DNA of 64,000 bases from Flavobacteriaceae bacterium (lineage in GTDB: Bacteria > Bacteroidota > Bacteroidia > Flavobacteriales > Flavobacteriaceae): assembly GCA_038119895.1 (NCBI GenBank), contig JAYOKR010000001.1, forward strand, positions 72,853 to 136,852, read 5' to 3'. Below the pieces are notes generated by a model that was not told where the DNA came from, did not search any database, and saw nothing but the letters and a program-made list of their open reading frames with translations. This document shows positions 1 through 8,358 of the stretch, piece by piece. The position numbers were made by a program, and so were the translations under genes. How positions within the stretch are numbered: the stretch's first letter is position 1; each line of letters begins with the position of its first letter.

Positions 1-2
1 TG

Positions 3-458
3 ATGGGCAAGTTTTTTTTAGTAACAGATCCAATCGAAAATATTGGATGGAAAATGACTGGCGAGTCAAAAAAAATAGGACAGTATACCTGCTATAAAGC
101 AACCTATGAGAAGGAAGTTACTGAAAGGGTATTTAGTTTTGGTTCTCAAAATCAGAATCAGAACAACATGGAAACAAAAAAAGTAGAAGTTTCAGCTTGG
201 TTTACACCCGAAATTCCAATTTCTAACGGTCCCGGGTTGTATCAAGGATTGCCAGGATTAATTTTAGAAGTTAATGACGGCAGAACTACTATTCTTTGTA
301 CTAAGATTGTATTAAATCCTGAAGAAAAATTTAAAATTAAACAACCTAAAAAAGGAAAGACAATTTCGAATTCTGATTTTGTTGCCCTTCAAGATAAAAA
401 AAGACAAGAAGCTCGTGAAATGTATCAAAGAGGTCAAAGATCAAGGGGGCTTAGATAA
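3..458 (+). CDS. GLPGLI family protein, C-terminal part (probably truncated at its 5' end by the window edge)
   Basis: The frame is open to the window edge. The C-terminal motif YQGLPGLILEV is the signature of the Bacteroidota GLPGLI family, whose function is unknown. Confidence 0.6.
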   Translation: MGKFFLVTDPIENIGWKMTGESKKIGQYTCYKATYEKEVTERVFSFGSQNQNQNNMETKKVEVSAWFTPEIPISNGPGLYQGLPGLILEVNDGRTTILCTKIVLNPEEKFKIKQPKKGKTISNSDFVALQDKKRQEAREMYQRGQRSRGLR

Positions 459-464
459 TTACTT

Positions 465-3236
465 ATGAAAAAAATTATTTTACTATTATTTATTTTACCA
501 ACAATTTTATTTGCTCAGTCGAGTTTAAGTGGTAAAATTACCGATGTTGATGGATATCCAATAATGGGAGCCAATGTAATAGCAGTGAACTCTGAGACTC
601 AAGTTTTAGACGGTTTTGGTATATCTAATGAAAATGGTTTTTACTCAATAAATTTGAAGAATGGAACTGCATTTAATATAAAAGTAACCTTTATTGGATT
701 TAGTCCAAAAGAATTTGATATTACACTTTCTGAAGACACAAAAAGGGACTTTACATTGGAAGAGCAAGCTGAGGCTCTTGATGAAGTTGAGTTAGTTTAT
801 GAGATGCCAGTACAAATTAAAGGTGATACCATAGTATATAGTGCCGATGCATTTAATACTGGTACTGAAAAAAAATTAGCTGACGTATTAAAAAATATGC
901 CTGGGATTGTAGTTAATGACGATGGTGAAATTGAAGTTGAAGGACAAGTTGTTAGAAAAATTCAAATTGAAGGTCAAGATTTCTTTGATGGAGACACAAA
1001 ACTTGCTTCACAAAACTTACCAGCAAAAGCTGTTGGTAAAGTAGAAGTTCTAAGAAATTTTACTGAAAATAATCAGTTAAGAAACGTAACTAATAATGAA
1101 GATAATTTCGCTTTAAATATTAGGCTTAAAGAAGGCCAAGATAAATTTTGGTTTGGTGAAATACAAGCTGGAACTGGTCCTGATGACATTCATTTATTAG
1201 CTCCTAAAATCTTTTACTATTCAAAGAATTTTAATATGTCGGTTCTGGCCAATTCGAATGATGTTGGACAACCACCATTATCTAGGAGAGATTTTTATAG
1301 ATTTGGTGGAGGTTTTAATAATCTAAATTCTGGAACAGGAACTTCGATTAACATTTCCTCAGATTTTGGTGGAATTGGTAATTTACAAAATAACAGAGCT
1401 AAAAAAATTGAATCTGAACTTTTAGCTACAAACTTTACAGTATCTAATGATAAAGGTCTTAACGTTAGTGGTTTTAGTATATTTTCATCAAATATTAATG
1501 AGTTAGAAGAATCGATCACTAGAACCTATTTTAATAATGGTATTGTTGAAAATACAGGTAATAATGTTCTACAAAAAAATGAACTCGAGCTTTACAAGTT
1601 TTCGGTTGAATATGAACCATCGGATGTCCTCCAGATTGAATATAATATCCTCCTAAATCAAAGCGATCAAAATGAAGTAACTGATTTGACTTCTATTTAT
1701 GCAAGACAGGGTAGTAGAGTTGATGAAAATTTAAAAATTACTAATATTCAAACACCATATTCTCTAAATCAGGAGTTTAAACTTTATTATACCGCAGGAG
1801 AGAAAAATATATTTTCAATTGAGGCTCAACATTTAGATCAAGAGGAGGATCCAATTGGGAATGTTATTCGTGAATTCAATCCATTTTTAAATTTATTTGA
1901 TTTCAACACTGATCAAAATGGTTATAATATCTCTCAAAATCGAAATGTAAATACTCAAAAATTAGAAACAAAATTTGATTATTATTATATATTTAATGAT
2001 CAATCAAATATCAACCTTACTTTTGGAGTTACCGATGTTAAGCAAAAATATGCCTCTAATTTCTTTCAAACACTTGATAATGGTAGTTTTCTAAATTTTA
2101 CTGATCCATTAAATGTAAACGATGTTGATTTTGATTTTAATGACACTTATCTATCATTGAAGTATAGATTAAAGACTGGAATTTTCACTATAGATCCTGG
2201 TTTAACTTTTCATTCTTATAAATCAAGTAATAATCAGTATAGTGATTATTTTGAAACAAAAACATCTGATATCAGACCTGATTTAAGAGTAAATATTCAA
2301 TTTAAACAAAGTGAAAGCTTAAGACTTACATATAGTGAAACAACTCAGTTCACAGATGTCAACAATCTGTCTAAAGCATATGTTTTTAATAATTATAATA
2401 GTATTTTTCAGGGAGAACCGGAGCTTGAGGCAGGAAGAGTTATAAATTATAATTTAAATTATAGAAGTATTAACCAATTTACTTTCACTAATGTTTTTGC
2501 TGGGGCTAATTATTCTAAAAGATCAAACTCTATTCAATCAAGAACCAATCTTATTGGAATTAATTCTGTAAGAAAGCCTACTAATTCTACTTTTCCAGTA
2601 GAATCTTACTCTGTAAATGCGAGAATTGATAAAAGAACAAAAAATCTCAGAGCAAACCTAGGCTTTAGACTGAACTTTAGTGAGTTTAGTAATGTTATCA
2701 ATGATAGGATTACTAACTCTGAAAGTTTTGGCCAAAACTATAATGTAAGTTTAGCAACTAATTTTAGAGATAAACCTAATATTGAATTCGGTTACAGATA
2801 CAATGTAAATAAGTATACCAATAATGATATTGAAAATATTTTCTATCAAGAAACACCATATGTAGAAGTTGATGCTTCTTTTGGAAAAGGATTTGTATTT
2901 AGTACAGAATACAGCTATAACTATTACAAGAATCAAGACCAAACTTTAAATAACTTTAGGTTTTGGGATGCAGATCTTTCATATGAAAAAGAGGGCTCTA
3001 AATGGGAGTATAGTATTGGGGTAACAAATATGTTAAATGATCAATCGATAAATAGAGATTCTGCAAATCAGTTATCATCTCAAACTAGGATGTACATGAT
3101 TCAACCTAGGTATATTTTATTTAAATTAAAATATGATCTTACAGCATTTGGAGGAGGTTCTAAAAAAGATGATTCATCTAAAGTTAAATCAACATCAAGA
3201 CCTAGAGGAAATGCTGGAGGAGGAAAATTAAATTAG
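465..3236 (+). CDS. Outer-membrane beta-barrel receptor with carboxypeptidase-regulatory-like N-domain and plug-like segment (TonB-dependent-receptor-like)
   Basis: Signal peptide MKKIILLLFILPTILFAQS. CarboxypepD_reg-like GKITDVDGYPIMGANV. Plug-like GDTIVYSADAF..MPGIVVNDDGEIEVEG. Long Asn/Tyr-rich barrel ending ..KYDLTAF, followed by a 28-aa Gly/Lys/Ser tail. Confidence 0.65.
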   Translation: MKKIILLLFILPTILFAQSSLSGKITDVDGYPIMGANVIAVNSETQVLDGFGISNENGFYSINLKNGTAFNIKVTFIGFSPKEFDITLSEDTKRDFTLEEQAEALDEVELVYEMPVQIKGDTIVYSADAFNTGTEKKLADVLKNMPGIVVNDDGEIEVEGQVVRKIQIEGQDFFDGDTKLASQNLPAKAVGKVEVLRNFTENNQLRNVTNNEDNFALNIRLKEGQDKFWFGEIQAGTGPDDIHLLAPKIFYYSKNFNMSVLANSNDVGQPPLSRRDFYRFGGGFNNLNSGTGTSINISSDFGGIGNLQNNRAKKIESELLATNFTVSNDKGLNVSGFSIFSSNINELEESITRTYFNNGIVENTGNNVLQKNELELYKFSVEYEPSDVLQIEYNILLNQSDQNEVTDLTSIYARQGSRVDENLKITNIQTPYSLNQEFKLYYTAGEKNIFSIEAQHLDQEEDPIGNVIREFNPFLNLFDFNTDQNGYNISQNRNVNTQKLETKFDYYYIFNDQSNINLTFGVTDVKQKYASNFFQTLDNGSFLNFTDPLNVNDVDFDFNDTYLSLKYRLKTGIFTIDPGLTFHSYKSSNNQYSDYFETKTSDIRPDLRVNIQFKQSESLRLTYSETTQFTDVNNLSKAYVFNNYNSIFQGEPELEAGRVINYNLNYRSINQFTFTNVFAGANYSKRSNSIQSRTNLIGINSVRKPTNSTFPVESYSVNARIDKRTKNLRANLGFRLNFSEFSNVINDRITNSESFGQNYNVSLATNFRDKPNIEFGYRYNVNKYTNNDIENIFYQETPYVEVDASFGKGFVFSTEYSYNYYKNQDQTLNNFRFWDADLSYEKEGSKWEYSIGVTNMLNDQSINRDSANQLSSQTRMYMIQPRYILFKLKYDLTAFGGGSKKDDSSKVKSTSRPRGNAGGGKLN

Positions 3237-3248
3237 GAATTAGTAATT

Positions 3249-4277
3249 TTGAGTGTGTTTAAAAAACCACTTGCCTTAATTTTTTTAAGTTTATTTTTTA
3301 ATTTACTCTATTCTCAGTCTGGTTTAGAATCAATTCTGATTGCAGCAGAGCAAGATTCTAAAAAGATTTTTCAGGGTTATTTACAACCAGCACTAAAGAG
3401 CTCAATATATTTAATGAATTCGGGGTGGTATACAACAGCAAAAGTTCATAAAAAACTAGGATTTGATTTAACTATTTCTCTTAATTCTGCTATTATTCCA
3501 AGCTCAGTTGAAACATTTGATATATCCAACCTAGATATGATTACATCTGATTCTCCATCAATTTCAACTATTTTTGGAAATACTGAATCTCATCAGTTAA
3601 ATGTTAATATTCCTTCTGATGGATTAAGACCTGAAATTTCGACCTCATTTTTTTCTCCTAAAGGAATTAAAGAGAAGTTGCCATTAGGAATGGTTTCCTC
3701 TCCAGTAATCCAAGCAAGTGTTGGACTTCCTCTTAATTCTGAATTAACTCTAAGATATTTGCCTGAATACAGTAGAAATAATATTTATTTTTCAAACTAT
3801 GGTATTGGATTTAAACATGATTTATTACAATATTTTAGTTTTTTAAAACGTATACCTACTTTAAACGTTTCCGCATTTGCTGCATATTCAAAAATGAATA
3901 TTGATTATGATATTCAATCTTCTGGTAATTTTTCCGGTAAAAATCAAATGGCAAATTTTAATATTTCAAATTATAAGCTTCAAATATTAACTTCTATAAA
4001 TCTTTCAATTTTTGAAATTTATTCTGGAATTGGTGTTAATGGAGGTGATTCAAGTTTTAAAATTAATGGAGATTATGAAATTGAATATAATCTAAGGGAC
4101 TCTGATATTCCATATGTGGTGAATTTGAATGATCCAATAGATATAAATTATTCAATTCATGAATTATCGAAAAATATTGGAATTAAATTCAAGTTTCTCT
4201 TTCTTCATGCTTTTGTTGATTACACTTTTCAAGAATTTGATGTAATAACAGCAGGTATCTCACTTAATTTTAGGTAG
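3249..4277 (+). CDS. Secreted / outer-membrane hypothetical protein
   Basis: Non-ATG start (TTG 3249 or GTG 3255). Signal peptide ..LFFNLLYSQS. Beta-rich sequence ending ..GISLNFR. Lies 12 nt after the OMP gene. No catalytic motif recognised. Confidence 0.5.
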   Translation: MSVFKKPLALIFLSLFFNLLYSQSGLESILIAAEQDSKKIFQGYLQPALKSSIYLMNSGWYTTAKVHKKLGFDLTISLNSAIIPSSVETFDISNLDMITSDSPSISTIFGNTESHQLNVNIPSDGLRPEISTSFFSPKGIKEKLPLGMVSSPVIQASVGLPLNSELTLRYLPEYSRNNIYFSNYGIGFKHDLLQYFSFLKRIPTLNVSAFAAYSKMNIDYDIQSSGNFSGKNQMANFNISNYKLQILTSINLSIFEIYSGIGVNGGDSSFKINGDYEIEYNLRDSDIPYVVNLNDPIDINYSIHELSKNIGIKFKFLFLHAFVDYTFQEFDVITAGISLNFR

Positions 4278-4298
4278 TAATTAAGCTTAATAGAGTTT

Positions 4299-4333
4299 TA
4301 ATTTTGTTTTTTAAATTAAGTAATGTAATTTTG
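4299..4333 (+). promoter_or_regulatory. Two candidate Bacteroidota -7 boxes (TAATTTTG at 4299-4306 and 4326-4333) upstream of the pheA leader
   Basis: Both are exact TAnnTTTG matches. The first is 31 nt before the leader ATG at 4338 and the second is 4 nt before it. Which one is used cannot be decided from sequence. Confidence 0.35.
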
Positions 4334-4337
4334 GTGC

Positions 4338-4409
4338 ATGGTTAACAGATATAACAATAAATTTTATTTCTTCTTTTACTATTTATATAAAGGGAGGATT
4401 TTTTGTTAG
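4338..4409 (+). CDS. Phe/Tyr-rich leader peptide (23 aa) of the pheA-tyrA operon
   Basis: My translation is ATG..TAG = MVNRYNNKFYFFFYYLYKGRIFC, with 5 Phe and 5 Tyr codons. It sits immediately upstream of a terminator/antiterminator pair and pheA. Confidence 0.6.
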   Translation: MVNRYNNKFYFFFYYLYKGRIFC

Positions 4410-4439
4410 TATCAATAAATAAAATTTACAAAAAGTCCT
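4395..4439 (+). promoter_or_regulatory. Candidate antiterminator helix of the pheA attenuator
   Basis: 4395-4406 AGGATTTTTTGT pairs with 4428-4439 ACAAAAAGTCCT (11 Watson-Crick pairs plus 1 G-U) across a 21-nt loop. Its 3' arm is the 5' arm of the terminator hairpin. Confidence 0.5.
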
Positions 4440-4460
4440 GATTTTCAGGACTTTTTTTTT
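4430..4460 (+). terminator. Intrinsic terminator (attenuator terminator) directly in front of pheA
   Basis: AAAAAGTCCTG-ATTTT-CAGGACTTTTT hairpin with a GTCCTG/CAGGAC core. It is followed by a run of 9 T that ends 4 nt before the pheA ATG at 4465. Confidence 0.7.
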
Positions 4461-4464
4461 GATT

Positions 4465-5280
4465 ATGAAAATAGCTATTCAAGGAATATTAGGGTCATAT
4501 CACGATGAAGTAGCAAAGCTACATTTTGGTGATTATTCAAGTATTATAGAATGTTTGTCTTTTGATGCTTTAGTGGATTCAGTAAAAAATGAAGTTGCTG
4601 AAATTGGCATTATGGCCATTGAAAATTCAATTGCTGGATCAATAATTCCTAATTATTCATTAATTGATAGTTATGATTTATCGATTATTGGCGAATATTA
4701 TATAAGTATTAATCATCAGTTAATGGCATTACCTGGCGTTGATTTTAGTTCTATCGAAATAATTTCATCACATCCAATGGCTTTATTACAATGTAAAGAT
4801 TTTTTAAAAAAAACAGATAAAACTATTGTTGAGAGTAAAGATACTGCAGAAGTTGCTAGAATGATAAGTGGCGAAAAAATAGCTACTATGGCTGCAATTG
4901 CAAGCCCTAAGGCTGCTGAAATTTATGGACTAGACATTTTGATGAGTAATATTCAAACTATAACTAATAACGAAACTAGATTTGTTTTTATATCTAATAA
5001 TGACAATAAAGATTATGAAGATTTAGATAAAGCATCATTAAAAATCATTTTAAGTCATGAAAGTGGAAGTTTAGCTAAAATTTTGAACATTTTTAATGAA
5101 TACAATATTAATCTAACAAAAGTCCAATCAATTCCTGTGATTAAAACACCATGGAAATATTCTTTTTTTATTGATCTTACTTTTAATAAAAGTGATGATT
5201 TTATTAAAGCAATTAAGCATGTGAAAAAAAATTCTGAATTTTTAAAAATTTTTGGTGTTTATAAGAGTTTTAAAAAATGA
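4465..5280 (+). CDS. pheA: Prephenate dehydratase (PDT + ACT domains, no chorismate mutase domain)
   Basis: NETRFVFI (TRF motif). C-terminal ACT-like SGSLAKILNIFNEYNINLTKVQSIP. The ATG at 4465 is preferred over the TTG at 4459. Confidence 0.9.
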   Translation: MKIAIQGILGSYHDEVAKLHFGDYSSIIECLSFDALVDSVKNEVAEIGIMAIENSIAGSIIPNYSLIDSYDLSIIGEYYISINHQLMALPGVDFSSIEIISSHPMALLQCKDFLKKTDKTIVESKDTAEVARMISGEKIATMAAIASPKAAEIYGLDILMSNIQTITNNETRFVFISNNDNKDYEDLDKASLKIILSHESGSLAKILNIFNEYNINLTKVQSIPVIKTPWKYSFFIDLTFNKSDDFIKAIKHVKKNSEFLKIFGVYKSFKK

Positions 5281-6422
5281 ACAAAGGAGCAGAAAGACTA
5301 AAATATATTGAGGAGTATTATTTCTCAAAGAAATTAAGAGAGGTAAAAGAACTTGTAAATAATGGTGCGCCAATAATTAATATGGGTATTGGGAGTCCAG
5401 ATTTGAAGCCACCTAAAAATGTAGTTAATTCAATTGAGCAATCATTAAAACATGAGAACGCTCATCAATATCAGAGCTATAAGGGAATTGATGATCTAAG
5501 AATAGAAATTTCAAATTTCTATTCAAAATTTTACAATGTAAAATTAAATCCTGATGAAAACATACTTCCTCTACTTGGTTCTAAAGAAGGTATAATGCAT
5601 ATTTCTCTTGCATTTTTAAATCCTGGAGATGAGGCTTTGATTCCAGATCCAGGATATCCTACCTATAGTTCAGTAACAAAAATAGTTGGTGCAACTCCCC
5701 ATTATTACAATTTAGACTCAAAAAATAATTGGTATCCTGATATAGATAGTCTACAGAATTCAGATATCTCAAAAGTTAAATTGATGTGGATTAATTATCC
5801 TAACATGCCAACCGGAACACCAGCTGAAATTAGAAGGTTAGAGGATATAGTTTCATTTACTCAGAAGAATAATATCATTTTAGTTAATGATAATCCATAT
5901 AGTCAAATTCTTAATAATGATCCGGTAAGTATTTTAAATATAAATAATTCAACTAAAAACTGTTTGGAGTTAAATTCTCTTAGTAAAATGTTTAATATGG
6001 CTGGATGGAGAGTTGGAATGGTACTAGGATCAAAGGAGCATATTGATAATATTTTAAAAATTAAATCTAATATGGATTCTGGAATGTTTTATGGAGTTCA
6101 AGTTGGTGCAATTAATGCTCTAAAGTCAAATAAAGATTGGTTTAATGATCTTAATAGTATTTATAAAAAAAGAAGAGAAATTATTTTTAAAATTTGTGAT
6201 AAGCTCAATTTAGAATATCGAAATGATTCAGTAGGAATGTTTGTTTGGGCAAAGATCAAGGATGAAATATCCTCTGAAAAATTGTCTGACTTCTTGTTGT
6301 ATAAAAAAAATATTTTTGTAGCTCCAGGTTTTATCTTTGGTAAAAACGGTGAAGGTTATATAAGATTTTCACTTTGTATTGACGAAACTCAAATTATAAA
6401 GGCACTTAAAAGATTAACATGA
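5277..6422 (+). CDS. Class I/II PLP-dependent aminotransferase (probable aromatic/prephenate aminotransferase)
   Basis: PLP-lysine motif NSLSKMFNMAGWRVG. 4-nt ATGA overlap with pheA. Positioned between pheA and tyrA. Confidence 0.8.
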   Translation: MNKGAERLKYIEEYYFSKKLREVKELVNNGAPIINMGIGSPDLKPPKNVVNSIEQSLKHENAHQYQSYKGIDDLRIEISNFYSKFYNVKLNPDENILPLLGSKEGIMHISLAFLNPGDEALIPDPGYPTYSSVTKIVGATPHYYNLDSKNNWYPDIDSLQNSDISKVKLMWINYPNMPTGTPAEIRRLEDIVSFTQKNNIILVNDNPYSQILNNDPVSILNINNSTKNCLELNSLSKMFNMAGWRVGMVLGSKEHIDNILKIKSNMDSGMFYGVQVGAINALKSNKDWFNDLNSIYKKRREIIFKICDKLNLEYRNDSVGMFVWAKIKDEISSEKLSDFLLYKKNIFVAPGFIFGKNGEGYIRFSLCIDETQIIKALKRLT

Positions 6423-7279
6423 AGATTGGTATAATAGGACTAGGCTTAATGGGAGGATCCTTTTCAATTGAAATGAGGAGACTTTTTCCAGATTCATTTA
6501 TTCTTGGGAATGATATATCCAAAATAAATACAAAATTAGCAAAAAGTTTAGAGCTCATTGATGACGTTTTTGAAATTAATGATTTGTCTGGATTTGATAT
6601 TATTTTAATTTCTGTTCCGGTTGATACCTCACTTAAAATTTTAAATAGAGTTTTAGATCATGTTACAGATGAAACGCTAGTTCTTGACGTTGGATCAACT
6701 AAGTTGCCTATTTGTAATGAAGTTCAGAATCATCCCAATAGACAAAATTTTTTAGCAATGCATCCAATTTCTGGAACTGAAAACAGTGGTCCTGAAGCGT
6801 CAGTTAAAGGTTTATATTCGGGTATTACTAATATTGTTTGTGAAAAAGAAAAAACAGGGCAAAAACAATTTGAATTGGCATTATCTATTTTTCAACAATT
6901 AGAAATGAAAATAATTTACATGGATCCTAAAGTTCATGATCAACACATTTCATATGTATCACACTTGTCACATATTACATCATTTATATTAGCGAAAACA
7001 GTTATTGACAAAGAAATTGATGAAAAAAATATTTTTGATCTTGCAGGTAGTGGATTTGAATCAACTGTAAGGTTAGCTAAAAGTTCACCTGAAATGTGGT
7101 CTCCAATCTTTATACAAAATAAAGATTATATCATTGAAGCTTTATCAAAATACATAGATAATTTAGAGGTTCTAAAAGAAATGATATTAAAAAATGAAAA
7201 TGAATTAATTATAAACGATTTAAATAATATAAATAGAATTAAGGAAATTTTATCTGGAATAAATAATAAAATAAAATGA
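6419..7279 (+). CDS. tyrA: Prephenate dehydrogenase
   Basis: Rossmann motif IGIIGLGLMGGS. AMHPISGTE catalytic-His region. Overlaps both neighbours by 4 nt. Confidence 0.85.
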   Translation: MKIGIIGLGLMGGSFSIEMRRLFPDSFILGNDISKINTKLAKSLELIDDVFEINDLSGFDIILISVPVDTSLKILNRVLDHVTDETLVLDVGSTKLPICNEVQNHPNRQNFLAMHPISGTENSGPEASVKGLYSGITNIVCEKEKTGQKQFELALSIFQQLEMKIIYMDPKVHDQHISYVSHLSHITSFILAKTVIDKEIDEKNIFDLAGSGFESTVRLAKSSPEMWSPIFIQNKDYIIEALSKYIDNLEVLKEMILKNENELIINDLNNINRIKEILSGINNKIK

Positions 7280-8358
7280 AAAACAAAAAGAATTTAAGAT
7301 TATGGTTAGATGAATTTAATCTAACTCATCCTTTAGTCATCGCTGGACCATGTAGTGCTGAAACTGAAAATCAAATGCTTGACATTGCAAATCAGTTAAA
7401 AGATACTGATGTTTCAGTTTTTAGAGCTGGAATTTGGAAACCTAGAACACGACCTGGAATGTTTGAGGGTGTTGGTGCAATTGGGCTAAAATGGCTAAAA
7501 AGAGTAAAAGATGAGACTGGTCTATTAACTTCCACCGAAGTTGCAAATCCTAATCATGTTAATCTTGCATTAGAAAATGATGTAGATATTTTATGGATTG
7601 GAGCTAGATCAGCCGTAAGTCCATTTATAGTACAAGAAATTGCAGATTCTTTAAGAGGAACTGACAAAATAGTTCTTCTTAAAAATCCGGTAAATCCTGA
7701 CCTCTCTCTTTGGTTTGGTGGAGTAGAAAGGTTGTATAGAGCTGATATAAAAAAAATAGGAGTAATTCATAGAGGTTTTTCAACTTCCTCAAAATCTAAA
7801 TTTAGAAACAATCCTGAATGGCAAATACCTATTGAGTTTCAGAATAGATTCCCAGATATACCATTAATTTGTGATCCCTCACATATCTGTGGTAGAAGAG
7901 ATTTGATTCATGATGTTTCTCAGAAGTCATTGGATTTAAATTTTGATGGATTAATGATTGAAACTCATATAGATCCAGATAACGCTTGGAGTGATGCTTC
8001 TCAACAAATAACACCATTAACACTGGTTCAACTAATGAAAGAATTGAAAATTAGAAGAGGTGATTTTCAAGAAGAGGATTATATTAAAAAACTTTCAAAG
8101 TATAGAGCAAAAATTGATATGATTGATAATGATATAGTTGAAATTTTAGGTAAAAGAATGAATCTTTCTGATAAAATTGGAAAGCTCAAAAAGGATAAAA
8201 ATGTTGCTGTATTACAATCAAAAAGATGGAATGAAATTTTGGGTAAAATGATCCTAGAGGGTAAAGATAACGGCTTAAGCGAAGAGTTTATTTTAAATAT
8301 TTTTAAAGCAATTCATCAAGAATCAATCAATCATCAAAATAAGATTTTGAAAAATTAA
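7276..8358 (+). CDS. Bifunctional 3-deoxy-7-phosphoheptulonate (DAHP) synthase type I-beta / chorismate mutase
   Basis: GPCSAE, IWKPRTRPG and CDPSHICGRRD (DAHPS/KDO8PS-like). C-terminal AroQ-type chorismate mutase segment RAKIDMIDNDIVEILGKRMNLSDKIGKLK. Confidence 0.85.
   Translation: MKNKKNLRLWLDEFNLTHPLVIAGPCSAETENQMLDIANQLKDTDVSVFRAGIWKPRTRPGMFEGVGAIGLKWLKRVKDETGLLTSTEVANPNHVNLALENDVDILWIGARSAVSPFIVQEIADSLRGTDKIVLLKNPVNPDLSLWFGGVERLYRADIKKIGVIHRGFSTSSKSKFRNNPEWQIPIEFQNRFPDIPLICDPSHICGRRDLIHDVSQKSLDLNFDGLMIETHIDPDNAWSDASQQITPLTLVQLMKELKIRRGDFQEEDYIKKLSKYRAKIDMIDNDIVEILGKRMNLSDKIGKLKKDKNVAVLQSKRWNEILGKMILEGKDNGLSEEFILNIFKAIHQESINHQNKILKN

Noticed and set aside
147-167. Short CAA/AAT/CAG repeat encoding QNQNQNN, and a general scan for CRISPR arrays, IS elements, rRNA or riboswitches.
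   Set aside because: The repeat is a trivial low-complexity stretch inside a CDS. No repeat-spacer arrays, inverted-repeat-flanked transposase genes or rRNA were seen. The only spacers longer than 100 nt (4278-4458 and 19812-20001) are accounted for by the attenuator and by divergent promoters plus the MraZ boxes.
4430-4460. The hairpin interpreted simply as the terminator of the upstream secreted-protein gene, which ends at 4277.
   Set aside because: It lies about 150 nt downstream of that stop, with candidate promoter boxes and the F/Y mini-ORF in between. Its U-tract ends 4 nt before pheA, and an upstream segment can pair with its 5' arm. A regulated attenuator explains all of these elements. 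It may additionally stop read-through from upstream.
7276-8358. Fusion of DAHP synthase with a C-terminal chorismate mutase, alongside a pheA that lacks a chorismate mutase domain.
   Set aside because: This domain arrangement is already described for Bacteroidota DAHP synthases (Porphyromonas-type), so it is not novel.
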